64,000 bases of DNA. It comes from Octopus vulgaris. Lineage: Eukaryota. Below, one piece after another: positions 29,554 through 44,467 of this stretch. The position numbers and the translations under genes are program-made. Within the stretch, counting starts at the first letter, position 1; each line of letters starts with the position of its first letter. The stretch is taken from the NCBI GenBank assembly GCA_951406725.2, contig OX597816.1, positions 166,842,001 through 166,906,000 on the forward strand, given 5' to 3'. Below the pieces are notes generated by a model. The model was not told the DNA's origin, did not search any database, and was given only the letters and a program-made list of their open reading frames with translations.

Positions 29554-31577
29554 TTAGTTCACTTTTTTGTTTTTTAAAGAAGTTTTTCGCTCAAGATAAA
29601 CGGCATAATGCAAAACGCCCTTCTTATTTACGTAACCCACAAGCAGTTTCGGGAAATAGCTTCCTCTAAAGTAATGATAAGCGATAACTTCACCTACACC
29701 TGAAGCAGTAAGGTTATGTTTAAAGAGACCTTGTCTGGTAGTGTCTCTGCGATAAATTACCGAAAATCGAGGTTTTTTATAGCGGCTTGAGGAATCCAGG
29801 TATGTCATGACTCGGCCAGATTTGAAATTTAGCTTCATACTAAAGATAAGATCTCGTAAACTGATATTCATATACTCTTTAGAAAATTTAATGGGTTTCT
29901 TTTCCAGAATAAAGCATACCAATGGCTCGTGGTTTATGTGGAAAAAACTTTGAATCCTCGGAACGTAACCCTTCTCGTTATATACATGAGCGAAGAGTTT
30001 ATAACTTTGAGAATATTGCCGAATTCCGAATTTAATATCCACTGGGGGTTCGCTTTCCTTGTTAAAAAGTGCCATATATTTTTGCGTGCCTCCGTGTGAA
30101 TAACTTTTATATGTTTGTATCAATTTCAGGTAGGCATGACTTTCTGCGTAGACATGCTTGTAATGTAGAAGTCTCTTTTCCTCTAAACCATGTTCGAGGT
30201 AGAAGGCGTCTGGAGTTTGACCAGGATTAAAGTGGGCTATAACACTGAAAAAGGTTTTTTCTTTAAACTCATAAGCACTAATCCATTCCACTTTAAAGTC
30301 TTGTTCTCGGATGGCACTAACATATGCTGAAATATGTCTCTCTGGTACTTGATACTTAACGATACGCGATCCTTCGGCTGGAGTACCAATTTGAATGTCT
30401 GATAGATCGTAATTGAAATAATCAGGAGTATGAAGATCAAAATTCTTTGCAAAATGTAAAATTTCTTTGTTGAATAAATTTTTGTTCTTTCTTCCAACTA
30501 ACAGCATCACAAATGCATCAGCTGACGAATGTGTTGAGTTGTGGTGTTTATGCATAGACTTCAACAATCCTTTATGATAAAAGAGCATATCATCTGTGTT
30601 CATGTCACTTTCTTGCCAAATATGGCCATGTTTGTTGACATTGATCCCAGCTCCCATCCAACTATCGACATGTCCAACTACACGGCTTGGTTTCTCCAAG
30701 AGCATTCTTACTCCGGATGCGTTGAGAAGATGATGGTCGCCAGAATAATCCAAACAACGAGAAAAGCGCATTACATCATAAACGTTGGAGTGCCATTCAA
30801 CTCTGGCATGTTCTGGTGGAGCATGTAAGGTATTGGACGGCATATGTAATACAGCACCGTTCTTCTTGTTTTTCTCATCATGGTGGTGGTTAGCGATGCT
30901 ACCCTTTGTATGCCACATACCACACGGCTCCAGAATGTTCTTACGAACAAAATCAGCGTAGCCTAACTCTTGTACCTTCTCGATAATTCGTTCCAATATG
31001 ACGTAACCAAAATTTGAGTATGTTGAGTGTGTACCTGGTCGATCGTGAAGAGGAAGGGAAATGACATATCTGATGACGTCTCTCAGTTCTAATGGTCGAG
31101 ATAACTTCATGATGTCAGTTATGTTGGGTACACGGTAGCCTTTAGATAAATATACAGAGTTCAGCAGAGGATCAAACAGAGGTGGTTTGTTTGCGTTCCA
31201 ACCAGCAGCGTGGCGCAGCAGATCATCAATTGTTATATCATACAACAGTTTGTCAGTATGATGAGCGCCCCACGGTTTCAAATGACCTAAAATTCCTCTT
31301 TTACCAAATACTTTATTTGAGAGCACCAATTTGTTTTCTTCGGCTAATTTCAGAATGGAGACTGCAGTAAACATCTTGGCAATGCTTGAAACCGGGAACA
31401 ACGTTTCTGGGGTGATTTTGTGTTCTTTATGCAATTTCCCGTAACCTCTGGCATAAATAAGTTTGCCATGTCGTGATAAAGCAATCGCTGCCCCTTCGTA
31501 CTGATGTTTGTTCAAAAATTTATTGAATGCCTCATCAAATGATTTATTGGTTGGCAGTTGATGATCAACACACACAC
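29554..31577 (-). CDS. Exon 2 (main coding exon) of a secreted serine beta-lactamase/PBP-like hydrolase with five C-terminal BTRD1/polyglycine-hydrolase-like repeats
   Basis: Uninterrupted 683-codon ORF of normal composition. Motifs: GAAIALSRHGKLIYARGYG, F-x-x-S-SIAK (SxxK, 31386-31375), LLRHAAG, PG-x4-YSN (YxN, 31020-31012). Preceded by polypyrimidine tract and acceptor (tttctttctcttccatAG, AG at 31579-31578), phase 1. Confidence 0.93.
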
Positions 31578-32072
31578 CTATGGAAGAGAAAGAAAACAAA
31601 ATCATTTCAATTACTGGAATTTAATTAATGAAATACAAATACAAAATCATATTTTCATTCATCCTAAGAAGCAATTCATCTGTTTATACAGTTTGAGTTC
31701 AAATTCCGACGAGGTCGACTTTGCCTTTCCTCCTTTCAGAGTCGATAAAAAAAAGAACCAGTTGAGCCCTGAGGTCGATGTAATCGACTTACTCCCTCTC
31801 TCGAAATTGCTGGTCTAGTGCCAACATTTGAAACCAATGAGTAAGGCTGTTGCTGTTTTTTTTTTGTTTTTTTTTTCTTGCGAGCGAAGAACAGTGAAAG
31901 GGTAGGAAATCTTCGTTCGACTCCATTCTTTCATTTATTCATATAAAAAAAACACACAAATTACCACACAAGAACACGAGGTTTCTGCCCTTGACATGTA
32001 GCTTCAACCGTGTTTTCTGACGTGAATTTGCTACCCAGGTATCGATTAACCGAATTATCAATACTAGGATAA

Positions 32073-32154
<82 letters not shown>

Positions 32155-32211
32155 TGTATGTATGTATGTATGTATGTATGTATGTATGTATGTATGTATG
32201 TATGTATGTAT

Positions 32212-32952
32212 ACAATGGAAACACCTAGCATCAGACCATCATAATTTTGAAATATCTATAAAACCATCAAAAGCTTGTTTATTTTTGTTTTGGGATTTAT
32301 TATTTGTGTTGCTTAATATGTTTTGCTAAAATTGCTGTTTCTTTTCAGACATCAGAAAAAGGTAATTAAAATTCATTAAAATGACAGATCTATCGGACTT
32401 TCAAAGAGGTCAAATTGTTGGTGCTTGTATGGTAGGCGCTAGCGTAACGAAAACAGCTGAAATGTTTGGTGTATCAAGAAATACTGTCTCGAAAGTATTG
32501 ACACCCTTTGAGAAACCTACTCGTCGAAACAAAACTCCGAAAGAAAACCAAAACTTTCAGATAGGCACCGCCGGACTCTTACGCGAATTGTTAGAAAGGA
32601 TCACAAAAGTACAGCTCCCAAAATTACTGCAGAGTTTAATGACCTCCTCGATAACCTAGTTTCTACAAAAACTGTTCGCCGGGAGCTGCACAAAGCCGGA
32701 TTTCACGGGAGGGCTGCAATCAGAAAACCACTACTTTCAAAAACAAACGTTGCAAAGAGTTTAGAGTGGAGTAAAAACCTACAGAACTGGTCCCTAGAGC
32801 AGTGGAAGAATGTTATTTACTCGGACGAGACATCCTTTACCTTATTTCCGGCCACCGGCCGAATATACGTGTGGCGGCAGCCAAAGGAAGCATTTGACCC
32901 AGACTGCATTCTTCCAGCTGTTAAATATAGAGGATCTGTGATGATCTGGTGT
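32212..32952 (+). mobile_element. Tc1 (DD34E-type) transposon, frameshifted and 3'-truncated
   Basis: MTDLSDFQRGQIVGA..GASVTKTAEMFGVSR; TVRRELHKAGF..RKPLL; WKNVIYSDETSF; GSVMIW. Confidence 0.9.
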
Positions 32953-33112
32953 GTGCATATATATATATACACACACACGCACACTAGCATAGCTAGAGAG
33001 TGTGCCCCCCCCCCCGGACCTCACAAAAAACACATGTCTACAGCAGACCCAAAAGTACCGCCCCTATCGCCCCTACACGCACACACACTAGCTCCGCTAG
33101 TGTATATATATA

Positions 33113-34291
33113 CTAACTGAATTACCCGGTACTACCCGGAAAAACGGGTGTTATTTCCAGTTCCCGTTCCCATTACACTGTTTCATGTCCTATCCTGTTC
33201 CCTATTCATTTCCCGTTTAAATATTTCAAATAGATTTACAAATACACCGTGACGTGGAATAGATTTACAAATACTGGGAAATAATGCAGTTGAATCATAA
33301 AATTAATTGATTGAAATGGTAAAGTAATATCAAAGTTGAACTGGTGGATGGTTGGACGGATGAGAGGGTTCACGATGTGCGAGTATGAAACGATTGATTG
33401 ATGACCGATTACTAGCAATTTTGTAGAGCCTCTTGGTATACTACATATTTGATCATGTCCTCTGGAGTATAAATAAATAACTGATTTGGTTTGCTGACAC
33501 TTGAGTATCCTACATACAGTTGGCCATAGGAAAAAGCAGGTTCAGAGACCTATCTGTAAAGGAAGGCATGGTCTGACATAAAATAAACAGAAATTTATAT
33601 AAGATTATTATAGGCGCAGGAGTGGCTGTGTGGTAAGAAGCTTGCTTACCAACCACATGGTTCCGGGTTCAGAACCACTGCGTTGGCACCTTAGGCAAGT
33701 GTCTTCTACTATAGCCTCGGGCCGATCAAAGCCTTGTGAGTGGATTTGGTAGACGGAAACTGAAAGAAGTCCGTCGTATATATATATATATATATATATA
33801 TGCATGTGTGTATATGTTTGTGTATATGTGCTTGTCCCTCCAACATCGCTTGACAACCGATGCTGGTGTGTTTACGTCCCCACAACTTACCGGTTCTGCA
33901 AAAAGAGACCGATAGAATAAGTACTAGCCTTACAAAGAATAAGTTCTGGGGTCGATTTGCTGGACTAAAGGCGGTGCTCCAGCATGGCCGCAGTCAAATG
34001 ACTGAAGCAAGTAAAAGAAAGAAAGAAAAGAATTGTAAAAATTGCCCGACAACGACAGGCTATTTATTCATCTATGGAAGAAAATGAAAGACATTATCTT
34101 CAGTTTTCTTGTTTCAGTACATTGGTAAAATTTTAATAAATACGGTGATTTGAAAACAAATATAAAAACACATTGCCTTTCACTTGTTAGTTTTACATCT
34201 GTTGTTGGAGATGTAAAAATTTTGACTGAGCAGACGATAGTTAATTCACTAAAGCGCATGCGTTAACTGATAGGTAAAAATTCAGTAAACA

Positions 34292-34371
<80 letters not shown>

Positions 34372-34679
34372 TGCTCAGTCCCTATTTCGCCCTCTCTATA
34401 TCTTTTTGTTTCCTCCCCTTCTCTGATATCAGTCACGCTCATTGTATCTATCAACCACCACATTTCCCTCACGCTAACACTTCTGTACCTTTCTCATTCT
34501 ATCATATAATAGCCCAGCCCCCGTAGGGGGCCCACTAGCGATTTTTATTGAAATCAAATTAGCCTGTAATTGAACTGGATATTAGCTTGACATGTATGCA
34601 AACTTTCGTGAAGATTGGTTCGCTGATTTAGACAGTCAGATGGTAACAGACAGACAGAAATTGCCATCTATATACAAGA
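33113..34679 (-). mobile_element. Older Helitron-like element containing a nested SINE
   Basis: Ends actaactgaattacccggtactacccgg and gacagacagaaattgccatctatatacaagat resemble the Helitron termini above. Confidence 0.5.
33612..34027 (+). mobile_element. SINE family A (full length)
   Basis: ggcgcaggagtggctgtgtggtaag ... ggcggtgctccagcatggccgcagtcaaatgactga. Confidence 0.9.
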
Positions 34680-34705
34680 TATATATGTATGTATGTGTGT
34701 GTGTG

Positions 34706-35187
34706 TGGAGGCGCAATGACCCAGTGGTTAGGGCAGCGGACTCGCGGTCGCAGGATCGCGGTTTCGATTCCCAGACCGGGCATTGTGAGTGTTTATTGAG
34801 CGAAAACACCTAAAGCTCCACGAGGCTCCGGCAGGGGGGGGGGCTTACTGTACCCTTTCTTCCTGTTTCAGTTGTACCTGTATTTCAAAGGGGCCAGCCT
34901 TGTCACACTCTGTGTCACGCTGATTCTCCCCGAGAGCTACCTTAAGGGTACACGTATCTGTGGAGTGCTCAGCCACTTGCACGTTAATAAATTAGTTGCA
35001 ACGTCACTGGTGCCAAGCTGTGTCGGCCTTTGCCTTTCCTTTGAATAACATCGGTGGCATGGAGAGGGGAGGCCAGTATGCATGGGCGACAGCTGGTCTT
35101 CCATAAACAATCTTGCCCGGACTTGTACCACGGAGGGTAATTTTCTAGGTGCAATCCCATGGTCAGTCATAATCGAAGGGGATCACA
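34706..35187 (+). mobile_element. Chimeric SINE (family C body plus family E tail)
   Basis: C sequence to ~34985, then gttgcaacgtcactggtgccaag..ggtgcaatcccatggtca as in 17250-17587. Confidence 0.8.
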
Positions 35188-35189
35188 AC

Positions 35190-35276
<87 letters not shown>

Positions 35277-35372
35277 CACACACACATACATATACATATA
35301 TACATTCATACATATACACATACGCACACGCGCACGTACACACGCACGCATACACATGCACGCACACACGCG

Positions 35373-35433
<61 letters not shown>

Positions 35434-35679
35434 TCCATGCAAGCGGTGGTAGGTTCAGGCAGTAGAGTTGAAAACAGTGAAGAAACATGTTTGCTCTGAT
35501 TTCATTGACAGAATGTCAACAATGTCGGTCGTTTTCGTTGTTTTCCGTGTAAACACGTAAGACTTCGCCGCATCTCTTTGATCTTTAACTAATGTTGGCC
35601 ACAAAGGTTAAAGGGTCGGTTTCAAGTCTCAACAAGCTTCTCTTTGACTATTGTTATTATTATTATTATTACCATATAA

Positions 35680-35908
35680 AGGCGGCGTGCTGGCAGAATC
35701 CTTAGCATGCCGAGCGAAATGCTTAGCGGTGTTTCGTCCGTCTTCACGTTCTGAGTTCAAATTCCACCGAGGTCGACTTTGCCTTTCATCCTTTCGGGGT
35801 CGATAAATTAAGTTCCAGTGAAACACTGGGGTCGATGTAACCGACTCATTCCCTCCCCCAAAATTGACTGCCCTTGGGGCAAAATTTGAAACCATTATTA
35901 TTATTATT

Positions 35909-35970
<62 letters not shown>

Positions 35971-36175
35971 GAGCTGGCAGAATTGTTAGCACGCCAGGCG
36001 AAATGCTTATCGGTATTTCGTCCGTTTTCACGTTCTAAGTTCAAATTCCGCCGAGGTCGACTTTGCCTTTCATCTTTTCGGGGTCGATAAATTAAGTTCC
36101 AGTGAAAAACTGGTGTTGATGTAATCGACTCATCCCCTCCCCTAAAATGGCTGGCCTTGTGGAAAGATTTGAAAC

Positions 36176-36178
<3 letters not shown>
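35680..36178 (+). mobile_element. Two SINE family B copies separated by (TTA)/(TAA)n
   Basis: Both end ...aaatttgaaacc followed by (att)n. Confidence 0.85.
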
Positions 36179-36265
<87 letters not shown>

Positions 36266-36434
36266 TTTATGGCTTACTTAGAAAGGAAAGTATGTACCCA
36301 TGACATTCACCTACCCATTCTAACGTTCTAATATGGATATAGTCGATGTTCTGTAGTGCTTATAATATGTGCATATATCTGTGTGTGTGTATAGGTTTTA
36401 CCGTCTTTAAAAACCGAGGAAGAACAGCTTGGAT

Positions 36435-36671
36435 CAGTGTTTCTTAATCATTTTTAATCCATGGATCCCTTTGATTTCTATTTTATTCATGTGGACCCTC
36501 ATAAACATTCGCTGTTTAAAAATCCTATAATAGTTTCATAATCAAATATTATTAGGAAATATATTTAAAAATTGTTAAAATATTTTGTGTACTATAAAAG
36601 TATGAGCAATTTATTGCTCATAAGTTGTAATAACAAAATCTTATCTGGATACCCAAGGTTGAGAACGACTG
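36435..36671. mobile_element. hAT-like MITE
   Basis: TIRs CAGTGTTTCTTAA / TTGAGAACGACTG; degenerate 8-bp TSD gcttggat/gattagat; homologous to 48999-49618. Confidence 0.7.
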
Positions 36672-38054
36672 GATTAGATAATGTCGTACAAGCAACAAGT
36701 AAAATGGCGGATTTCTTACGGCTGCAATGCTTTTGTAGGTAGGATTGCTCGATCAGAGGAAATCAAGGGTCAAGGTTCAAATAACAAACAACAGGTAATA
36801 GAATCCATCCATCACCACCTGTATTTCATAAAGAAAACTTGAGAAAGATACCTCACATTATATTTCACGGTAGACCAACACAACCGCTACCAACAGCGTC
36901 GCTATCATCACTAACATCACCATCAGCATCTCCAAATCTACTACCAACGCTACCATCACCTCTACAACACCAACATCACAACAACCACTACCGCCACAAC
37001 CACCGCCATCATCACCACCACCATCACTATCACCACTGCTGCCACTACCACCATCACCACCAGGGCGCTGTTTTGAGAAGATCTTACACATTATTATGAA
37101 TGACTTAGCTGCTAAGATTATTCAGCGTAAAATTATATTCTGTATACTCAATATGGCCGAAGGACAAAAATACGAAAATGCCTGTCGAGGTGTTGGGGTA
37201 GCTCTGCTTACTAAATACAAGTATGGCAGAGTCTCACATATGGAATACAGGGGGTGAGTTGATAAATCTCGAGAAATGGAAATTTTTCTAACAATTTACT
37301 AGAAAAAGACTTCCTCTAAGCAATCTTCGATTTCCTGCTTGTAAAGAGGAATGCTAAACCTTGTCGACCTTATTGGCTGTTGGGCGGTGAGAGGGGCTTC
37401 GAAGGCGCTTGGGTACATCTCTCTTTTTCTAGAATATATATTTTTGATAAAATGGGGAGATAATCTCCACAAGATCTGTTAATTGAAACTTTTGATCAAT
37501 CTGAAGCAACGATTTTAGTAAAATATGCAGAGCTAATTTCGTGATTAATTTGAATTTACATTAATGATTTTTATATCATATTTAATCAATAGTTTAATTA
37601 GTGGGTAAAAGTGCGTTGCGTATCGAGTAGGTTGTTGTACTCACACTCGCTGGATCGTGGTGTCGTGGTTTCGATTCCCAGACCGAGTGGTGCATTGTGT
37701 TCTTGAGCAAAATACTTTATTCAACATTGCTCCAGTTCACTCAGCTCTAAATGAATAACTCTGCAATGGACTTGCGTCCAGTTCACGGGGTATGTTGCGA
37801 TCTCGGTCATTTAGACGTCATGAAAACAGGGTAACCATCTCAATGAGTCCAAGAACTCGAGACAGACTTCAATTTTCAGTCACTGAATGAAAGGAACTAC
37901 CAATGACCTCTGAGACTGGGATAGAGGTGCGAATTAAGTTATCCTTAAGCAGAAGACTTGGTCCGAATTCTTGCAACCGTGGATTCTCTTGAAAATATCT
38001 AAGGGCCAGATGGTGGGGTTAAACTAAGCTAAAGATTACCTCTCATATATGTAT

Positions 38055-38248
38055 CTTTTATTTGTTTCAGTCATTAGACTACGGCCATGCTGGGGCACTG
38101 TCTTTAGTCGAACAAATCGACCCCAGGACTTATTCTATCGGTCTCTTTTACCGAAGCACTAAATTACGGGGTCGTAAACACACCAGCATCGGTTGTCATG
38201 TGATGATGGGGAGGACAAACACAGACACACACACACACACACACACAC

Positions 38249-38291
<43 letters not shown>

Positions 38292-38412
38292 TTATAAGTA
38301 AGGGCAAGCCTTACTTATAAATTGTTTATAAATTTAACCTTTAAAGGTGTTTTTTAATATGTTGGCCATTGATAGAATTTTTTTTGAAGAAAAATTCTAT
38401 CCTATATTAGAT

Positions 38413-38480
<68 letters not shown>

Positions 38481-38639
38481 CAGGCTTCTTTCAGTTCCCG
38501 TCTACCAATCTCCCTTAGAAGGCTTTGGTCGGCTCGAGACTATAGTAGAAAACACTTGCCCAAGGTGCCAACGCAGTGGGTCTGAACCCGGAGCCATGTG
38601 GTTGGTAAGCAAGCTCCTTACCACACAGCCACTCCTGCG

Positions 38640-38643
<4 letters not shown>
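38055..38643 (-). mobile_element. SINE family A split by an insertion in its internal microsatellite
   Basis: 3' half 38055-38270, 5' half 38478-38643, with a foreign ~130-bp segment between them. Confidence 0.75.
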
Positions 38644-38682
<39 letters not shown>

Positions 38683-38939
38683 TTCTTCTTCTCTGCCAGA
38701 ATTCACAACGACCTCGAACCCACAAGAGTAAACAAGAGAGACAGAGACAGGCAGAAACAAGGAACGTGTCCCTTGTATTTGAATACTATCCAAATATTCT
38801 TTTTAAAAACTTTTCATTTAATTTTTTAAAAATTTAATTGTTTTCCATAATTACAGTTGAAAAAGTCTCAATGACCGAAACCGGTACGGAAATGATTTTT
38901 TATAAAATTATTTTAGCATTTTCTACCATGACTTTTTTT

Positions 38940-39002
<63 letters not shown>

Positions 39003-39157
39003 CACACACAGCACATACACACACGACGGGCTTCTTTCCATCTACCAAATGCATTCAAAAAGCCTTGGTCGACCCGACACTATATAGTGGGGGACACTTG
39101 GCCAAGATTTTACGCATTTTGGAAGCATTGTGCTTGGAAAGCAAACTTCTTACCACT

Positions 39158-39556
39158 CAGCTGGCAGAAACGTTAGCACACCGGGCGAAATGCCTAGCGG
39201 TATTTCGTCAGCCGTTACGATCTGAGTTCAAATTCCGCCGAGGTCGACTTTGCTTTTCATCCTTTCGGGATCGGTTAAATAAGTACCAGTTACGCACTGG
39301 GGTCAATATAATCGACTTAATCCGTTTGTCTGTCCTTGTTTGTCCCCTCAGTGTGTAGCCTCTTGTGGGCAGTAAAGAAATAGGTATTTCGTCTGCCGTT
39401 ACGTTCTGAGTTCAAATTCCGCCGAGGTCGACTTCGCCTTTCATCCTTTTGGGGTCGATTAAATAAGTACCAGTTACGCACTGAGGTCGATATAATCGAC
39501 TTAATCCCCTTGTTTGTCCCTTCTATATTTAGCCCCCTGCGGGCAATAAAGAAATA
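39158..39556 (+). mobile_element. SINE family B dimer
   Basis: Two cores with the tail gtttgtcc..aaagaaata. Confidence 0.85.
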
Positions 39557-41182
39557 TATTTTAGTATCTTTATTTAAGGGAGAAAAGCTGTTGTGTGAAA
39601 ACTAAAACTCTAATTTAGACACCCAGCAGGGTTTTTGCTAAATCCAATTTTGGAAATAGGAAAAGCTTGAAGACAAAATAAATAGAAGCATTGAAAGTGG
39701 GGCTTTTGGGTTCGGTCTGTTGGTTACGCAGCGACACCTGCATTCAATTTCCTGTGTCTGTGTCTCGACAAAATCTTCACACGAATTCTTTGATTCTTTT
39801 TTAGAAGCCAAGCCGGAGTGATTAGTAATGGTGCGGGGTGGAGTGACGGTGACGGCGATGGTGATGGCGGAGGTGATGGATGCGGCGGCGAAGGTGGTGG
39901 TGTTGGTGATAGAGGTGACGGTGGAGGTGTGGGTACTGTTGGTGGTGTTGGTGGAAGCGGTGTGGGGTGATGATGTGGAATGGTGCTGCTGCTGCTGCTG
40001 TTGGTGATGGTGGTGATGGTGGTGACGGTAGGCAATGACACACAAAAGTAGATTCCAAGTTATTTCTGAAACATTTGAAGTTGTTGTTGTTGTTGACGGT
40101 GGCGGCGGTGGCGGGGGGCGGCGGCGGTGGTGGTAGCGGTGGTGGTGGTGGTGGTGGTGGTGGTGGTGGTGGTGGTGGTGGTGGTGGTGGTGGTGGTGGT
40201 GGAGGTGGTGGTGGTGATGGTGGCCGCGGCGGCGGCGTTGGCGGCATCGGCGATGATAGAGGTGATGATGGTGGCAGCGGTTGTGATGGCTTTCGTCTTG
40301 TCGTAGTTGTTATTGTTGCCGTAGTATTCCAGATACCAATTTGAAACGTTACTTAGAAATAGATTGACTTCCTATCACAAGGATGTATGTGTAAGACACC
40401 GGCCCTTAAATAGCCTTGGGAAATTAAGGACCCAGGCAGCAAAAACAATTACCACAAGGAATTCTATCAAAAGTCCATAAAAAAACACTGCCACTCGAGC
40501 CATTAATGTTGTTCTAGCTCTCAAACAAAAGATAGGACTCCGGTTGGAAAATGCCTTTGACTATAAAGTCTGTTTGATCAGAGCCTGGAGCCAAGCAACA
40601 ACAACATCAATAGCAACAACAACATCAATAGCAACACCAACAACAACAACAGCAACAGCAACACAATCTCTGAGAAATATAATTCATTCTTATTCGGGTC
40701 GTGTGAGTTTCTCAGTGGTTTGGGAAAACTTACGATTTATCCAAAACAAACCTGACGTCTTTACCATAAAAGGAAACCAAAATCTCAGTTTTGTACCCAA
40801 CCCCTACCTTTTCCAGGTATTCTTATTATTCCTGTATACGGGGTCAATAGGTGTATATGATTTAATTATACATGCACCTACAGAATTGTGCGGGATGTAA
40901 AGAGAAAAGATAAGACCGTTAGTCTGAAATAATGCGTTGATTTCCTGTCATTCAATGAGGAAGTCTCTACATGGTTGCTCGCCATACAAGAATATGCAGC
41001 CATATTTATATCCGTCAAGTTACACTCCCAGTTGCCTTAACAAGTGAACGATACGTTGAATAATGTATTTCTAGATATACTGTGTTAATAAAAGATGGGG
41101 TGGTCACATTTGGAAAGCTTTTTGATCATAGGTCAGAACTGATTTGGATAGTCTACCTAAAACATTGAATCATTGGGTCACG

Positions 41183-41220
<38 letters not shown>

Positions 41221-41439
41221 TATATTGATAGAAGTAGATTTCATAAACTAAGATTACACTCAGGTCCAAGAACCTGAGGATGGATACAGAGTTGCAGAAA
41301 ATGCCCTCTGAGCACTCACATCAAATATAAAGGAGTATGTTGTTTCTTTTGTGTAACCCCATTTCCATCACACACACACACACAAACACACACACACCTC
41401 GGATTTTTCGTTCTATTTTCGTTGTTCCTCCTCCTCTAC

Positions 41440-42720
<1,281 letters not shown>

Positions 42721-42735
42721 GTATTTTATTTTATG

Positions 42736-42792
<57 letters not shown>

Positions 42793-43428
42793 TTATGTTT
42801 TCTTATGTTCTCTTTCAACACTCACAATAGGCAGGAAGCAAAGTAGGTTGTTCTTTCACCATAAAAGATGTCAAAACTGATGCCATGTAATAAAAAAATG
42901 CATAAACGAAAAACAAACAAAAACAACAAGAAAGAAAAAAAAAACAGAAAATTACAAGAAGTAGATGTGTGGAAGAAAAGAAATAAAAACTCTGAAGGAA
43001 TAAGGTTAATAGTTTTATAACAACGGATGTGAATGAGCAAGGCTAGTTTATCTGATGGAATGTTCTAGGTTTCGGGTTATGCCGCCATAACGCTTTCCTT
43101 CCTACACCCTAATGGCGGGTAGTAGAAGGGGGTTGTGATAGATCTTGTGCCAGGAATTCAACTTTCTTGACACAATATCCGGTAGCGAATCAGAAAGGGG
43201 GTTACTGGATGTAAAAGTAAATAACTTGGTTGTTAAAACAGAACGAAATTCCTACCTGGATTATTTCGGCTCAAATATGAAAGACGAAAATTGAGAAAAT
43301 AGACTTGGGAAAATTTTTTTTCAGAGGGAAACTTTCAAATTTAAGTTTTGTTCAGAATTTGTAATGCATGTATGTATGTATGTATGTATGTATGTACGTA
43401 TGTATGTATGTATGTATGTATGTATGTA

Positions 43429-43465
<37 letters not shown>

Positions 43466-43687
43466 ATGTATGTATGTATGTATGTATGTATGTATGTATG
43501 TATGTACACACAGAGTTATACGAAGAGTAGACAGACAGCAACTAATGAAGGGTCCTTTCTCTGTGTTTACTTGTCCTATTTTCAATATTTTTCTCCCATT
43601 GTTTACGTATTTCATGTTTTTGCACCTTTGGTGATGCCCTGTACTCATATATGCATATATGCATATAAGTATATATGCATATATGCA

Positions 43688-44070
43688 TGTAAGTAGCCTG
43701 CTTACCAACCACATGGTTCTGGGTTCAGTCCCACTGCATGGCACGTTGGGCAAGTGTCTTCCACTATAGCCTCGGGCCGACCAAAGCCTTGTGAATGGAT
43801 TTGGTAGACGGAAACTGAAAGAAGCTCGTTGGATATATGTATATATATGTATATGTATGTGTCTGTGTATGCTTGTGTGTCTGTGTTTGTCACCCCAACA
43901 TCGCTTGACAACCGATACTGGTGTGTTTACTTTCCCGTCACTTAACGGCTCGGCAAAAGAGACCGATAGAATAAGCACTGGGCTTACAAAGAATAAGTCC
44001 TGGGGTCGATTTGCTCGAGTAAAGGCGGTGCTCCAGCATAGCCGCAGTCAAATGACTGAAACAAGTAGAA
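43688..44070 (+). mobile_element. SINE family A
   Basis: Homology to the other copies. Confidence 0.88.
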
Positions 44071-44093
44071 GGAAGCATATATATATATATATG

Positions 44094-44134
<41 letters not shown>

Positions 44135-44174
44135 AATAAATTATTTATTTATTATATATATATATATGTATATG

Positions 44175-44232
<58 letters not shown>

Positions 44233-44410
44233 CATACATACATATATATACACACACAAACTCACACATGTTTTTATACACAATTCATACATCTATACAC
44301 TTACACGCACTGATTAAGATATGTACTAGACTTAAAAAGAATAAGTACGGCCCATCAAAGTGGTGCCCCAGCCTGGCCGTATGGCAATGCCTGAAACAAG
44401 TAAAAGACAA

Positions 44411-44467
<57 letters not shown>

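Noticed and set aside
31578-31605. ATG at 31605 as the start of the beta-lactamase-like gene
   Set aside because: The first ten codons are a polypyrimidine tract plus AG; a phase-matched signal-peptide exon exists at 60957-60900.
29554-31605. Bacterial contaminant or antibiotic-resistance gene
   Set aside because: Embedded among host SINEs with a canonical splice acceptor and a eukaryotic-style 3' UTR. SxxK/YxN motifs alone do not imply beta-lactam hydrolysis.
39638-40344. Poly-Pro/poly-Gly and His/Thr-rich ORFs
   Set aside because: (GGT)n-type low-complexity intronic DNA; no convincing splice sites or domain, despite the tempting link to a polyglycine hydrolase.
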